Below are positions 43,997 to 55,335 of a stretch of DNA of 64,000 bases, one piece after another; position 1 is the first letter of the stretch; every line of letters begins with the position of its first letter. The notes below the pieces were generated by a model. It made no database searches. It was not told the origin of the DNA and saw only the letters and a list, made by a program, of their open reading frames with translations. Both the position numbers and the translations under genes were made by a program. The DNA comes from Alphaproteobacteria bacterium (GTDB lineage: Bacteria > Pseudomonadota > Alphaproteobacteria > Bin95): the NCBI GenBank assembly GCA_965205265.1, contig CBDBGH010000003.1:4512001-4576000 (forward strand), read 5' to 3'.

Positions 43997-44761
43997 TCAG
44001 AAATTGTCCTTGCGGCGGCGGATTTCCGCAAAGACGGCCTCGGGCGCCTCGCCCTCCATGCCGACCAGGCGCTGCATTTCCGGCAGGTCGGCGCGCAGGA
44101 AGGGGTTGGCGAGTTTCTCCTCGCCGAGCTCGGAGGGGATGGTACGCTCGCCGCGCGAGCGCAGCTCGTCTATGCGCCGGCAGGCCGCCTGGAGCGCCTC
44201 GTTGTCCGGGTCCACCGAAATGGCGAAGCGCGCATTGGACTGGGTGTATTCGTGCCCGCAATAGACGCGCGTGTCGTCGGGAAGCGCACGCAGCTTGCCG
44301 AGCGAGGACCAGAACTGCTCCGGCGTGCCCTCGAACATCCGCCCGCAGCCGAGCGCGAACAGCGTGTCGCCGCAGAACAGCGCCCGGCTTTCCTCGAACC
44401 AGAAGGCGATATGGCCGCTGGTATGGCCCGGCACGTCGAAGACCCGCGCGGTCTGCGTGCCGACCGTGTAGCTGTCGCCCTCGCCGACCTCGACATCGAG
44501 CCCCGGAATGCGCGCCGCATCCGCCCGCGGCCCGATCACCGGCGCGCCGTAGCGCTCGACCAGCTCCGCATTGCCGCCGATATGGTCGAAATGGTGGTGG
44601 GTGTTGAGGATATGGGTGAGCTTGAGGCCCCGACGCTCCAGCGCCGCGAGCACGGGTGCGGCCTCGGCCGGGTCCACCACGGCGGTGGCGCCGGCGGCGG
44701 CGTCATGCGCGATATAAACATAATTGTCCGACAGCGCGGGGACGATCTCGATCTCGAACAT
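43997..44761 (-). CDS. gloB: Hydroxyacylglutathione hydrolase (glyoxalase II)
   Basis: DNYVY, THHHFDHIGG, GHTSGH, GDTLFALGCGR, CGHEYT. Confidence 0.93.
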   Translation of the reverse strand: MFEIEIVPALSDNYVYIAHDAAAGATAVVDPAEAAPVLAALERRGLKLTHILNTHHHFDHIGGNAELVERYGAPVIGPRADAARIPGLDVEVGEGDSYTVGTQTARVFDVPGHTSGHIAFWFEESRALFCGDTLFALGCGRMFEGTPEQFWSSLGKLRALPDDTRVYCGHEYTQSNARFAISVDPDNEALQAACRRIDELRSRGERTIPSELGEEKLANPFLRADLPEMQRLVGMEGEAPEAVFAEIRRRKDNF

Positions 44762-44896
44762 GGGCGGCAACACCTCCGGCACAGGGTCTTGCGGATGCTA
44801 AAGCGAAAGTCCCCTGGGCGGAAGGACCCGGAAGCCTGCCGGACCGCTTTGCCGCAGCCGCGTGACGAGGCGTCCGGGCTGCGATATGGAGGGGCG

Positions 44897-45544
44897 GTGA
44901 CGCTCCGCCTCGCCCTTTTTGCCGCCGCGCTCTTCGCCGCCCTGCCGGTCCGGGCCGAGCCGCTTGTAGTGGGCCGCTTTTCGGCCGGCGATCTGGAAGG
45001 CTGGCAGGTCCGGCATTTCGAGGGCGAGACGCGCTACCGGATCGTAGAGGACGGAGGCGCGAGCGTGCTGGAAGCCGAGAGTTCGTCCGGTGCGTCGAGC
45101 CTTTATCTGGAGCGCGAAATCGACCTCGCCGCGCGCCCGGTGCTGGAATGGCGCTGGCGGGTGGAGGCGCCGCTCAGCGTGCCGGACGAGCGCGTCAAGG
45201 CGGGCGACGACTTCGCGGCGCGCGTCTATGTCGTGGCGCCGGGCGAGGGGCTGTTCGCGCTGCCGATCGCGATCTCCTATGTCTGGGCCGGGAACGCGCC
45301 GGTGGGCGCGGACTGGCCGAACCCCTTCACTTCCAAGGTGCGGATGGTCGCGGTCGAGTCCGGCCCGGACCGTGCCGGCGCATGGCGCACCCATCGCCGC
45401 AATCTCCGGGAGGATTTCCGCCGCCTGTTCGGGCGCGAGGTGGACGAACTGGAGGGCATCGCGGTGATGACGGATGCCGACAACAGCCGCCAGCGCGCCC
45501 GCGCCTGGTACGGCGACATCCTGCTGCGCGCGGAGGGCGGCTGA
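44897..45544 (+). CDS. Exported DUF3047-type protein
   Basis: Signal peptide; LEWRWRV, GDDFAARVYV, YVWA, AVMTDADN; GTG start after GGAGG. Confidence 0.75.
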   Translation: MTLRLALFAAALFAALPVRAEPLVVGRFSAGDLEGWQVRHFEGETRYRIVEDGGASVLEAESSSGASSLYLEREIDLAARPVLEWRWRVEAPLSVPDERVKAGDDFAARVYVVAPGEGLFALPIAISYVWAGNAPVGADWPNPFTSKVRMVAVESGPDRAGAWRTHRRNLREDFRRLFGREVDELEGIAVMTDADNSRQRARAWYGDILLRAEGG

Positions 45545-45558
45545 TGGGCGTTCGGGCT

Positions 45559-47896
<2,338 letters not shown>

Positions 47897-47909
<13 letters not shown>

Positions 47910-48415
47910 GCCTTGTCGATCGCCTTGTAGGCGGCGGTAAAGCCCCTGAGCGAATAGCTGTCGGTGACCACGGTGCCGCGCGCCGAAGTCGCCGTAAAGG
48001 CCATTGTGCTGCCGGCCTTCATCGCCTCCACCACCGGCGCGTTCTTCTGATCGACCACCCAGGCGGAGCTGTCCTTCACGAAGAAGCGGAAATCCTGCCT
48101 CTTCTTCTTGATCCTGACGCGCGCGCGGGGCCGGCTGTTCGGCTTCAGCGGATAGCCGACCTCGACATGGATCTCGCCCCTGAGGTTCCGGCCCGGAAAA
48201 TGCGCTACCTGGAAATAGGCCGGGTCCCGGTTGATGCCCTTCGGTTTCCAGCTTGTCGGACTGGACGCGATGTAGCAGATCTTGTCGTCGCCAGACCCGT
48301 ACACATAAGCCACCCAGTCATGATGCGCGGCAATGCGCTTCGGCTCCTGCGCCGCAGCGGGGCCGGCCAGGATCACTGACAAAACGATCAGCGGGCGCGC
48401 CAACATTCTAGACAT
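47897..48415 (-). CDS. Invasion-associated locus B family exported protein
   Basis: Signal peptide; DW..Y, CY, AMKAG, S.RGT...[10 protein letters not shown]...C; usual neighbour of rlmN in Alphaproteobacteria. Confidence 0.75.
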
Positions 48416-48467
48416 TCCGATTGGTATTTCCGCACACTCCGGATTGCGGACCATAGCGCCGTTCGCC

Positions 48468-49706
48468 CTACGGGCCAAGACTTCCGGGCCCGTTGTCGGG
48501 CCCCCTGACCACGCCGTCGTCATGCAGGCGGCCGATCTCGGAATCGGGCAGGCCGAGTATGCCGGCCAGAATCTCGTCCGTGTGCTCGCCAAGGCGCGGC
48601 GCGGGCTGCGGCCGGCCGCGCGCGAGCCCGGCGAAATCGAGCGGCGCGCCCGGCACCGGCCAGGCGCCCATGCCCGGCTGCTCGATGCGCTCGAAGAGCG
48701 GATTGTCCCCGACAAGCCCCGGGTCGTCCGCCATCTCGCGGAACGTCCGGTAGGGCCCCCACAGCACGCCATGCGCATCGAAGGCTTCGGCCGCCGCGGC
48801 GAGCGGCCGCGCGGCGATCCAGGGCTCGACGACAGCGGCGATCTCCTCGCGCAGGCGCCAGCGGTCCGCCTCGTCGTTCAGGTCTGCGCCTTGCTCCGCC
48901 TCGATCCGGCTGAAGGCGAGGCCGAGGTCGGCCGCCTCCGCAATACCCCGGAGATTGCGCGAGGTGAACAGGCAGACCATGACGTCGCGCCCGTCGGCGG
49001 TGCGGAAATCGCGGCCGAAGGTGCCGAAGATATGGTTGCCGACCCGCGCCCGGTCCTCGCCATTGACCGCGGCCTCGCCGACATAGCCGAGCGTTGCCGT
49101 CGCCCAGAGCGCGACATCGAGCAGCGGCAGGCGGATGAGCCCGCCCTCGCCCGTGCGCACCCGGCGGCGTTCGGCCGCGAGCAGCCCGGCGGCGGCGGTC
49201 ATGCCGGTCGCGATGTCCCAGGCGGGAAGCACGTTGTTGACCGGGCCTTCCCGGCCTTCCGGCCCGGTGACATAGGGGAAGCCCACAGATGCGTTGACGG
49301 TGTAGTCCACCTGCGGGGCGCCGCTGCGGGCGCCGAGCACGTTCAGCAGGATGAGGTCCGCCCGCATGGCCGAAAGCGTCTCGTAGCCGAGCCAGCCGCG
49401 CGCGGGCAGGTTGGTGAGGAAGATGCCGCCCCCCGGGCCCGGCGCGGCAATCAGCGCCTGCACCAGTTCGCGCCCGCGCGGGCTGCGGATATCGACGCGG
49501 AAGGACCGCTTGCCCTTGTTGAGGCCGGCCCAGTAGATGCTGTCGCCCTTGTCGGTCACGGGCCAGCGGCGGTAGTCGAGCCCGCCCTCCAGCGCATCGA
49601 AGCGGATCACATCGGCGCCGAGCTGGCCGAGCGCCATGCCGCCGAGCGGCGCGGCTACGAAAGCCGAGCCCTCCACGATGCGCAGGCCTTCCAGCAGGTC
49701 GTACAT
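48468..49706 (-). CDS. mct: Family III CoA transferase closely resembling mesaconyl-CoA C1-C4 CoA transferase
   Basis: EGSAFVAAPLGGM, GGLDYRRWP, WAGLNKGKRS, VDYTVN, VLPAWDI, APRLGEHTDEIL match Chloroflexus Mct as recalled. Confidence 0.8.
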   Translation of the reverse strand: MYDLLEGLRIVEGSAFVAAPLGGMALGQLGADVIRFDALEGGLDYRRWPVTDKGDSIYWAGLNKGKRSFRVDIRSPRGRELVQALIAAPGPGGGIFLTNLPARGWLGYETLSAMRADLILLNVLGARSGAPQVDYTVNASVGFPYVTGPEGREGPVNNVLPAWDIATGMTAAAGLLAAERRRVRTGEGGLIRLPLLDVALWATATLGYVGEAAVNGEDRARVGNHIFGTFGRDFRTADGRDVMVCLFTSRNLRGIAEAADLGLAFSRIEAEQGADLNDEADRWRLREEIAAVVEPWIAARPLAAAAEAFDAHGVLWGPYRTFREMADDPGLVGDNPLFERIEQPGMGAWPVPGAPLDFAGLARGRPQPAPRLGEHTDEILAGILGLPDSEIGRLHDDGVVRGPDNGPGSLGP

Positions 49707-49783
49707 GCCTCTCCCCTCCGGGCAACGGGCGCGGGACGGCGGAACCGATATATCGCCGGCGGCGGAAAGGGAAGCGGGCAAGG

Positions 49784-49812
49784 AAAACCCCGGAGGCGAC
49801 CCTCCGGGGCTT
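49784..49812 (-). terminator. Intrinsic terminator
   Basis: Minus strand reads CCCCGGAGG-GTCG-CCTCCGGGG followed by TTTT. Confidence 0.8.
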
Positions 49813-49840
49813 CGCAGGTTTCCGTGCAGGTGCGGGGCGG

Positions 49841-50536
49841 TCAGGCCGCGGGTTCGATGCGGATGAGCTCGCGGCGGTAGCGGCTGCTCTTCTTGCCCGG
49901 CAGCGGCGCCTTGGAGGATATGACCGTGAACCCCAACTCCGGCGCGAACCAGTAGTCGTAGCGCGCCGAGTTTTCCCTGCAGACCACATGATAGGCGTCG
50001 AAATTGCCTGCCGGGACTGTGACATTGGCCGTTCCCGCCACCTTGCAGCTCCTCATGTTGGACCAGGTCTTTCCCTTGCTGTTCCGGCCGGTGAATTGCC
50101 AGCTTTCGGTATTGCCCACGGCAAGCGGGAACAGACCGCCGGCACGTTTTTCTATCTTTCGGGAACCGGTGCTTCCCGAACAATCGCGCCAACTCAACGC
50201 GGGCGAGTAGCTGGACAGGTCGAGTACGACCTTGCAGCCCCCTGGGCCGTGAAATTCCGCAATCGAGCCGTTCAGCTTCACGGTTTCCCAGACCACTTCC
50301 TTGCCGTCTTGTTTCCAGACACCCTTGTCGCCGACCGCGGAAGGCCGACGAACGCCGGGAGGCAGTTCGGCCTTGGCTGGCGCAGTTGCCACCTTGGCGG
50401 CGGGAGCCCGCTCGGACTTGACCACGGCCTTGGCGGCCGTTTTCGGCGCCTGCCCGCTCGGGCCGCAGCCGGAAAGCGCCAACGCCAGAACGGCGGCGGC
50501 AAGCGCGGAGGTGCGCACAAATGGAATGGAGAGCAT
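49841..50536 (-). CDS. Hypothetical lipoprotein
   Basis: Lipobox LALSGC, Ala/Lys/Pro linker, C-terminal VTVPAGNF...YWFAPELG beta-rich domain. Confidence 0.75.
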   Translation of the reverse strand: MLSIPFVRTSALAAAVLALALSGCGPSGQAPKTAAKAVVKSERAPAAKVATAPAKAELPPGVRRPSAVGDKGVWKQDGKEVVWETVKLNGSIAEFHGPGGCKVVLDLSSYSPALSWRDCSGSTGSRKIEKRAGGLFPLAVGNTESWQFTGRNSKGKTWSNMRSCKVAGTANVTVPAGNFDAYHVVCRENSARYDYWFAPELGFTVISSKAPLPGKKSSRYRRELIRIEPAA

Positions 50537-50580
50537 GGATCGTATCCCCCTTAATTCGGTCAGTTCGCAGAGTGAGGAGC

Positions 50581-50619
50581 CGGCCGGACGGGGAGGCGGG
50601 TCCGCCCTTCATCCGGCCG
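50581..50619. other. Intergenic stem-loop between the fasciclin and lipoprotein genes
   Basis: CGGCCGGA...TCCGGCCG with an imperfect inner stem; no U-tract. Confidence 0.5.
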
Positions 50620-50631
50620 TCTCGGCGGCGG

Positions 50632-51417
50632 TCAGCCGCTCTTTTCTGCCATCTCCATGGCGGGCTGGGGCAGGGCCACCAGCGGGCTGGCAATGATGTG
50701 GATGACGCTGCCGTCCGGCGCGGTCACGGTCCGGTCGAGCACGACGCCGTTAACCCTGACGCTGCCGTCGCCGCTGAGCGCGTAGAACGAAAGCGGCGCC
50801 GCCGCTGTCTGCCAGCCGCCGGCGAGGGTCCACACCTTGCCGTTGGCGTTCCGGAAGGCGCCCTTCGCCATCGGCTCGTTCAGGGCGTGGGATCCGACCG
50901 CCGCTGCGACTTCGGCCATGACCGCATCGCGCATCTCCTCGTTCTTCATGGCCTCCGACAGGGCCGCCACGACAGGGGCCAGAACGGAGTCGGGAATCGC
51001 GAACACCGTCCCCGGCGTGCTCTTGAGAGCGTCGCCGAAGCCTCCCGCCTCGATGAGGGTCGCCATCAGGGAGAAGGTTTCCGCCTTCGCTTCCATGACG
51101 ACCTCGCCCGATTCCGACATGACCGGATTGCCGTTTTCGTCCAATTTGGCCGCCTCATACGGAATACTGTAGGCGCGCAGGGTAGAGAGCACATCCGTCG
51201 GGCATTCTGCGCCCTCGGCTTTGGGGACCTCAACGCCCGCCAGCATGCACATGGCGGCTTCCTGCATTTCCGCCTTCATCTCAGCCTTGGCCTGGGTCTG
51301 GGCCGCAGCCGGCGTTCCCAGGGCCAGGGCCGTCATGGCCGACGCAGCGACGAGGCCGCCCAGCAGCTTCCGGGAACGGTTTGCCGCATTGGCGGGAGAT
51401 GAGGAGAGGGTTTGCAT
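50632..51417 (-). CDS. Exported protein with a divergent fasciclin (FAS1)-like domain
   Basis: Signal peptide; TFSLMATLIEAGG...TVFAIPDS (H1-like) and GSVIHII (H2-like). Confidence 0.65.
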   Translation of the reverse strand: MQTLSSSPANAANRSRKLLGGLVAASAMTALALGTPAAAQTQAKAEMKAEMQEAAMCMLAGVEVPKAEGAECPTDVLSTLRAYSIPYEAAKLDENGNPVMSESGEVVMEAKAETFSLMATLIEAGGFGDALKSTPGTVFAIPDSVLAPVVAALSEAMKNEEMRDAVMAEVAAAVGSHALNEPMAKGAFRNANGKVWTLAGGWQTAAAPLSFYALSGDGSVRVNGVVLDRTVTAPDGSVIHIIASPLVALPQPAMEMAEKSG

Positions 51418-51485
51418 GTTTCACGTCTCCTTTCTTGCTCCAGAGCACGGCGCGTCCGGGTGGTGGCCGTATTGCCGACAGAAAT

Positions 51486-51518
51486 GACAAGGATATATTG
51501 TCCATCTACCATGGTCAA
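51486..51518 (-). promoter_or_regulatory. Sigma70 promoter of the fasciclin-like gene with an overlapping inverted repeat
   Basis: Minus strand TTGACC-17 bp-TATCCT; GACAA-N7-TTGTC (51486-51502) covers the -10. Confidence 0.65.
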
Positions 51519-51909
51519 TAAGCAAATACCGCTTCGGGATCGCCCGGTATATGAGCGGATATTGAGGGTTGTTCAGCTCGGCGGCCGGCGTACTTCTGGA
51601 CGGGTCGGGGCCGATAGCGAAATGGCGCCGACCCTCTTCAACTTTCGCGCAGGCGGCCTACAAGTGTTTTCAAGCAGGAAATGGATGCCTTTCCCCGTTG
51701 CTGTTGGAAGTTGGCGGCAGCGGGCAGCCGGGGCGAACTAGGATTAGCCAGTCATTCATCCAGCTGCGCCCAATTGCCTGACTTGGTGGCCTGCCGAGAC
51801 GATAAATATCTGGTCTAATTTTGACTAAGCTATTGAAATAACTTGCTATTCTCTCCAAATGCATATACTTGGAGTTGAAGTTGCAACTGCAAAACCGAGG
51901 AACCCGGGT

Positions 51910-52770
51910 TTGGCGAGGCAGCAGGCAGCCCATTCGCGCATCCACGACCATTTCGTCGAGCAGATCCGGCAGGGCAAATTCGGGGATGGCAAGCGACTGC
52001 CGACGGAAGCGGAGATCGCGGACGAGTTCGGCGTCAGCCGGGCGACGGTGCAGTTCGCCATGTCGCGGCTGGCGTGGGATGGGTGGATCGAGAGGTTTCC
52101 AGGCAAAGGCACGTATGCCAGCGCTACGGGCGGGGAGCGCGGGTCCCTTGCTCGTGACATTCTGGTCCGTGGAGTGATCCGCCCAGACGGTTCGGCGGAG
52201 CCGCGCGATCCCGATAATCCATTTGAAGGTCTGGAGGATTTTGCAAGGGGCCCAAAGATTACCCGGCATACATTGGATGCCATAACCGGAATTCTGGACG
52301 AGTATCGAGCAACGCCGGTCGAGGGGTATATCGGCGAATCGGAATCCGGTGTGCACTATCAGTTGATGTCCTATGGAATAGTCGGCGCGTCGGGGTATCT
52401 TGCTGAGCAATTGGGAACTGAGAAACATGTGATTGTATCGAGCTTCGAAAGAACAAAAGTCGTAAATGGACATGTAACGGAAATTGAGCGACATTACTTT
52501 GCTCCCGATGTAGCGCCGCAATTTGGTCCAAAAGACATGGAATCCCTTTCCATGGAAGAACTTTTTGTCGAAAGCCGAATAGGAGAAGAAGTGGATTGTG
52601 TGGAGGTCACAATGGATACATTAAGGATACCGATGGTTGGATTAACTTTAACGTCTATTTTGTCGGAAAACCCCAAGTTTACTGCTAAGTGGATTTCCAA
52701 GGAAGGAAGAGTGGTTGTTGTTACAAACTGGACCATCAACAGCTTACCGCAAGTGAACTTGGTAGGGTAA
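51910..52770 (+). CDS. GntR-family regulator (wHTH plus divergent, possibly UTRA-like C-terminus); TTG start preferred over ATG 51859
   Basis: RLPTEAEIADEFGVSRATV...GKGTY; GAGGA upstream of TTG 51910. Confidence 0.8.
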   Translation: MARQQAAHSRIHDHFVEQIRQGKFGDGKRLPTEAEIADEFGVSRATVQFAMSRLAWDGWIERFPGKGTYASATGGERGSLARDILVRGVIRPDGSAEPRDPDNPFEGLEDFARGPKITRHTLDAITGILDEYRATPVEGYIGESESGVHYQLMSYGIVGASGYLAEQLGTEKHVIVSSFERTKVVNGHVTEIERHYFAPDVAPQFGPKDMESLSMEELFVESRIGEEVDCVEVTMDTLRIPMVGLTLTSILSENPKFTAKWISKEGRVVVVTNWTINSLPQVNLVG

Positions 52771-53001
52771 ACCTGCTGACTTCGGGTAATCTTGCAGACG
52801 GGACCGGGCGCAGTTGCCCCCGCCCTCACTCGGTGACTGTATGGGGCGGGATTGGCCCCGCGAGGGGGGCAGAGGTCCCCGGTGCCCTGGCGGAACGGGC
52901 ACCATACGCCTCGGACCTTGGCGCAGAGGGTCGGGCCGCTTAAGCTTGGATATGGGGAGTCGCCGCCCGCGCCTGGCGGCTGAGCCGGAGACCTGTCTTT
53001 C

Positions 53002-54492
53002 ATGCTTTCGCTCGCCACAATTCTCGAGACGAGCGCGCGCGACCTGCCGGACAAGGCGGCGATCGTGCAGGGGCCGGCGCGGATCAGCTACCGGGAGCTG
53101 GACGCCCGGGCGCAGGCAGTTGCGGCGGACCTGGCGGGGCGCGGGATCGGGCCGGGCGACATCGTGGCGCTCGCCTGCCCTAATGTGCCGGCCTTCCCGG
53201 CCTTCTATTTCGGCGTGCTGAAGGCCGGCGCGACGGTGCTGCCGGTCTCCATCCTGCTCAAACGCGACGAGATGGCCTATCTGCTGAACGACAGCGGGGC
53301 GAAGGCGCTGGTCTGCCACGAGGGCTCGGCCGAACTGCCGCTGGGCGAGGTCGGCCGCGCCGCCTTCGACGATGCGCCGGCCTGCAGGCATTTCATCGAG
53401 GCGGATGCGCCGGTGGCGGAGGCTTCCTTCGACACCGTGCAGCGCGGCCCCGACGAGGTGGCCGTCGTGCTCTACACCTCCGGCACGACGGGGCGGCCCA
53501 AGGGCGCGATGCTGACCCACTCCAACCTGCTGATGAACGCCGAAATCTGCGTGGAGCTCGGCGAGGTGCGCCCGGAGGACGTGGTGCTGGTGGCGCTGCC
53601 GCTGTTCCATGTGTTCGGGCAGGTGGTGCAGATGCTGGCGGCGTTCCGCAAGGCGGCGACCGTGGTGCTGGCGCCCCGGTTCGAGCCGGGCCTCTGCCTC
53701 GGCCTCATGGAGAGCGAGAAGGTGACGCTGTTCTCCGGCGTGCCGACCATGCTCTGGGCGCTGCTGACCTATCCTGACGCGGAGAAGCACGACCTTGCCG
53801 CCATCGCCGCCAGTCTCAGGCAGGTCACGGTGGGCGGCGCCTCGACGCCGGTCGAGATCCTGCGCGGCTTCGAGACGAAGTTCGATGTGACGGTGCTGGA
53901 AGGCTACGGCCTCTCGGAAACCTCGCCGGGCGTGAGTTTCAACCGGCGCGACCGGGAGCGGAAGGTGGGTTCCGTCGGCCTGCCCGTCTGGGGCGTCGAG
54001 GTGCAGGTGGTGGACCCGGAGGACAATCCCGTGCCCGTCGGCGAGCCGGGCGAGGTGGTCGTGCGCGGCCATTGCGTGATGAAGGGCTATCTGGGCCGCC
54101 CGGAGGAAACCGCCGAGACGCTGCGCGGCGGCTGGTTCCACACCGGCGATATCGGCCGCTTCGACGAGGACGGCTACCTCTATATCGTGGACCGGCTGAA
54201 GGAGATGATTATCCGCGGCGGGTTCAACGTCTATCCGCGTGAGGTGGAGGAACTGCTGGCGACACACCCCGAGATTTCGCTCGCTGCCGTGGTCGGCGTG
54301 CCGGACGAGCAGTATGGCGAGGAGGTCAAGGCTTTTGTCGTGCCCGCCGCCGGAGCCAGCCCGGAACCGGAGGCCATTGTCGCCTGGGCGCGCGAGCGCC
54401 TGGCAGGGTATAAGTATCCCCGGATCGTCGAGCTGCGCGAAAGCCTGCCGCTGGGCGCGACCGGCAAGATTCTGAAACGCGACCTGAACTAG
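53002..54492 (+). CDS. Acyl-CoA synthetase (AMP-forming, FadD-like)
   Basis: YTSGTTGRPKG, EGYGLSET, HTGD, GKILKR. Confidence 0.92.
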   Translation: MLSLATILETSARDLPDKAAIVQGPARISYRELDARAQAVAADLAGRGIGPGDIVALACPNVPAFPAFYFGVLKAGATVLPVSILLKRDEMAYLLNDSGAKALVCHEGSAELPLGEVGRAAFDDAPACRHFIEADAPVAEASFDTVQRGPDEVAVVLYTSGTTGRPKGAMLTHSNLLMNAEICVELGEVRPEDVVLVALPLFHVFGQVVQMLAAFRKAATVVLAPRFEPGLCLGLMESEKVTLFSGVPTMLWALLTYPDAEKHDLAAIAASLRQVTVGGASTPVEILRGFETKFDVTVLEGYGLSETSPGVSFNRRDRERKVGSVGLPVWGVEVQVVDPEDNPVPVGEPGEVVVRGHCVMKGYLGRPEETAETLRGGWFHTGDIGRFDEDGYLYIVDRLKEMIIRGGFNVYPREVEELLATHPEISLAAVVGVPDEQYGEEVKAFVVPAAGASPEPEAIVAWARERLAGYKYPRIVELRESLPLGATGKILKRDLN

Positions 54493-54507
54493 AGGAGGAG
54501 CGGAGCG

Positions 54508-55296
54508 ATGCAACTCACCCCCGAACAGGTCTCCCGCTACCACCGGGAGGGCTACCTCTTTCTCGAAGGCGTGTTCAGCGCCGAAGAAGCCGCGCTGCTG
54601 CGCCGCGAGGCCGACACCGTGTTCGCCAGCGGGCGCGAGGAGGTCTGGCGCGAGGACAACGGCGCGCCGCGCACCGCGTTCGCCGCGCACCGCTATAACG
54701 GCATGTTCGGGCGCCTCGGCGCGCATCCGCGGCTCATCCGCCCGGTCGAGCAATTGCTGGGCGAGCCCGTCTATATGCACCAGTACAAGGTCAACGCCAA
54801 AGCGGCCTTCGACGGCGATGTCTGGCAGTGGCACCAGGATTTCGGCACCTGGCACCGCGATGACGGCATGCCCGAGCCGCGCGCCATGAATATCGCCGTC
54901 TTCCTCGATCCGGTGACGGCGGCTAACGGGCCGCTGATGTTCCTCGTCGGCAGCCACCGGGATGGCGTCTTCGAGGCCGGGCACGACCTGGAGACTACAA
55001 GCTACCCGCTCTGGACGCTGGATCGCGGGACGGTGAAGCGGCTGGCGGATGAGGGCGGCATTGCGGCCCCGACCGGCGCGCCGGGCTCGGTGGTGATGTT
55101 CCACGGAAACCTCGTCCATGCGAGCCCACCCAATATCAGCCCGTGGGACCGGGTGATCGTCTATCTCAGCCTCTGCGCGGTCTCCAACCGCATCACGCGC
55201 TTCAAGCGCGCCGAGTGGATCGCGCACCGCGATTTCGACCCCATCCGCGTGCTGCCCGACGACTGCCTGATGCAGCAGGCGGTCGCGGCGGAATAG
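54508..55296 (+). CDS. Fe(II)/2-oxoglutarate dioxygenase, PhyH family (proline/ectoine hydroxylase-like)
   Basis: HQYKVNAK, WHQD (HxD), NGPL...GSH, LVHAS..N.S..R. Confidence 0.88.
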   Translation: MQLTPEQVSRYHREGYLFLEGVFSAEEAALLRREADTVFASGREEVWREDNGAPRTAFAAHRYNGMFGRLGAHPRLIRPVEQLLGEPVYMHQYKVNAKAAFDGDVWQWHQDFGTWHRDDGMPEPRAMNIAVFLDPVTAANGPLMFLVGSHRDGVFEAGHDLETTSYPLWTLDRGTVKRLADEGGIAAPTGAPGSVVMFHGNLVHASPPNISPWDRVIVYLSLCAVSNRITRFKRAEWIAHRDFDPIRVLPDDCLMQQAVAAE

Positions 55297-55335
55297 ACGG
55301 CTCCGATCCGCGCCCCGGAACAGCGCGGAGAAGGC

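Noticed and set aside
49707-50693. 741-aa ORF suggesting a fusion onto Mct
   Set aside because: The upstream part crosses a terminator and overlaps the lipoprotein gene out of frame; Mct begins at 49706 with its own RBS.
51485-51509. TGACAAGGATATATTG resembles the Agrobacterium T-DNA right border (TGACAGGATATATTG) / IncP-type nic site
   Set aside because: The extra A breaks the CAGGATA core, the 3' half does not match, and no relaxase or vir genes are present. It is better explained as the -10 and operator of the fasciclin-gene promoter.
54508-55296. Calling the dioxygenase ectoine hydroxylase (ectD)
   Set aside because: The signature deviates from the EctD consensus and no ectABC genes are nearby.
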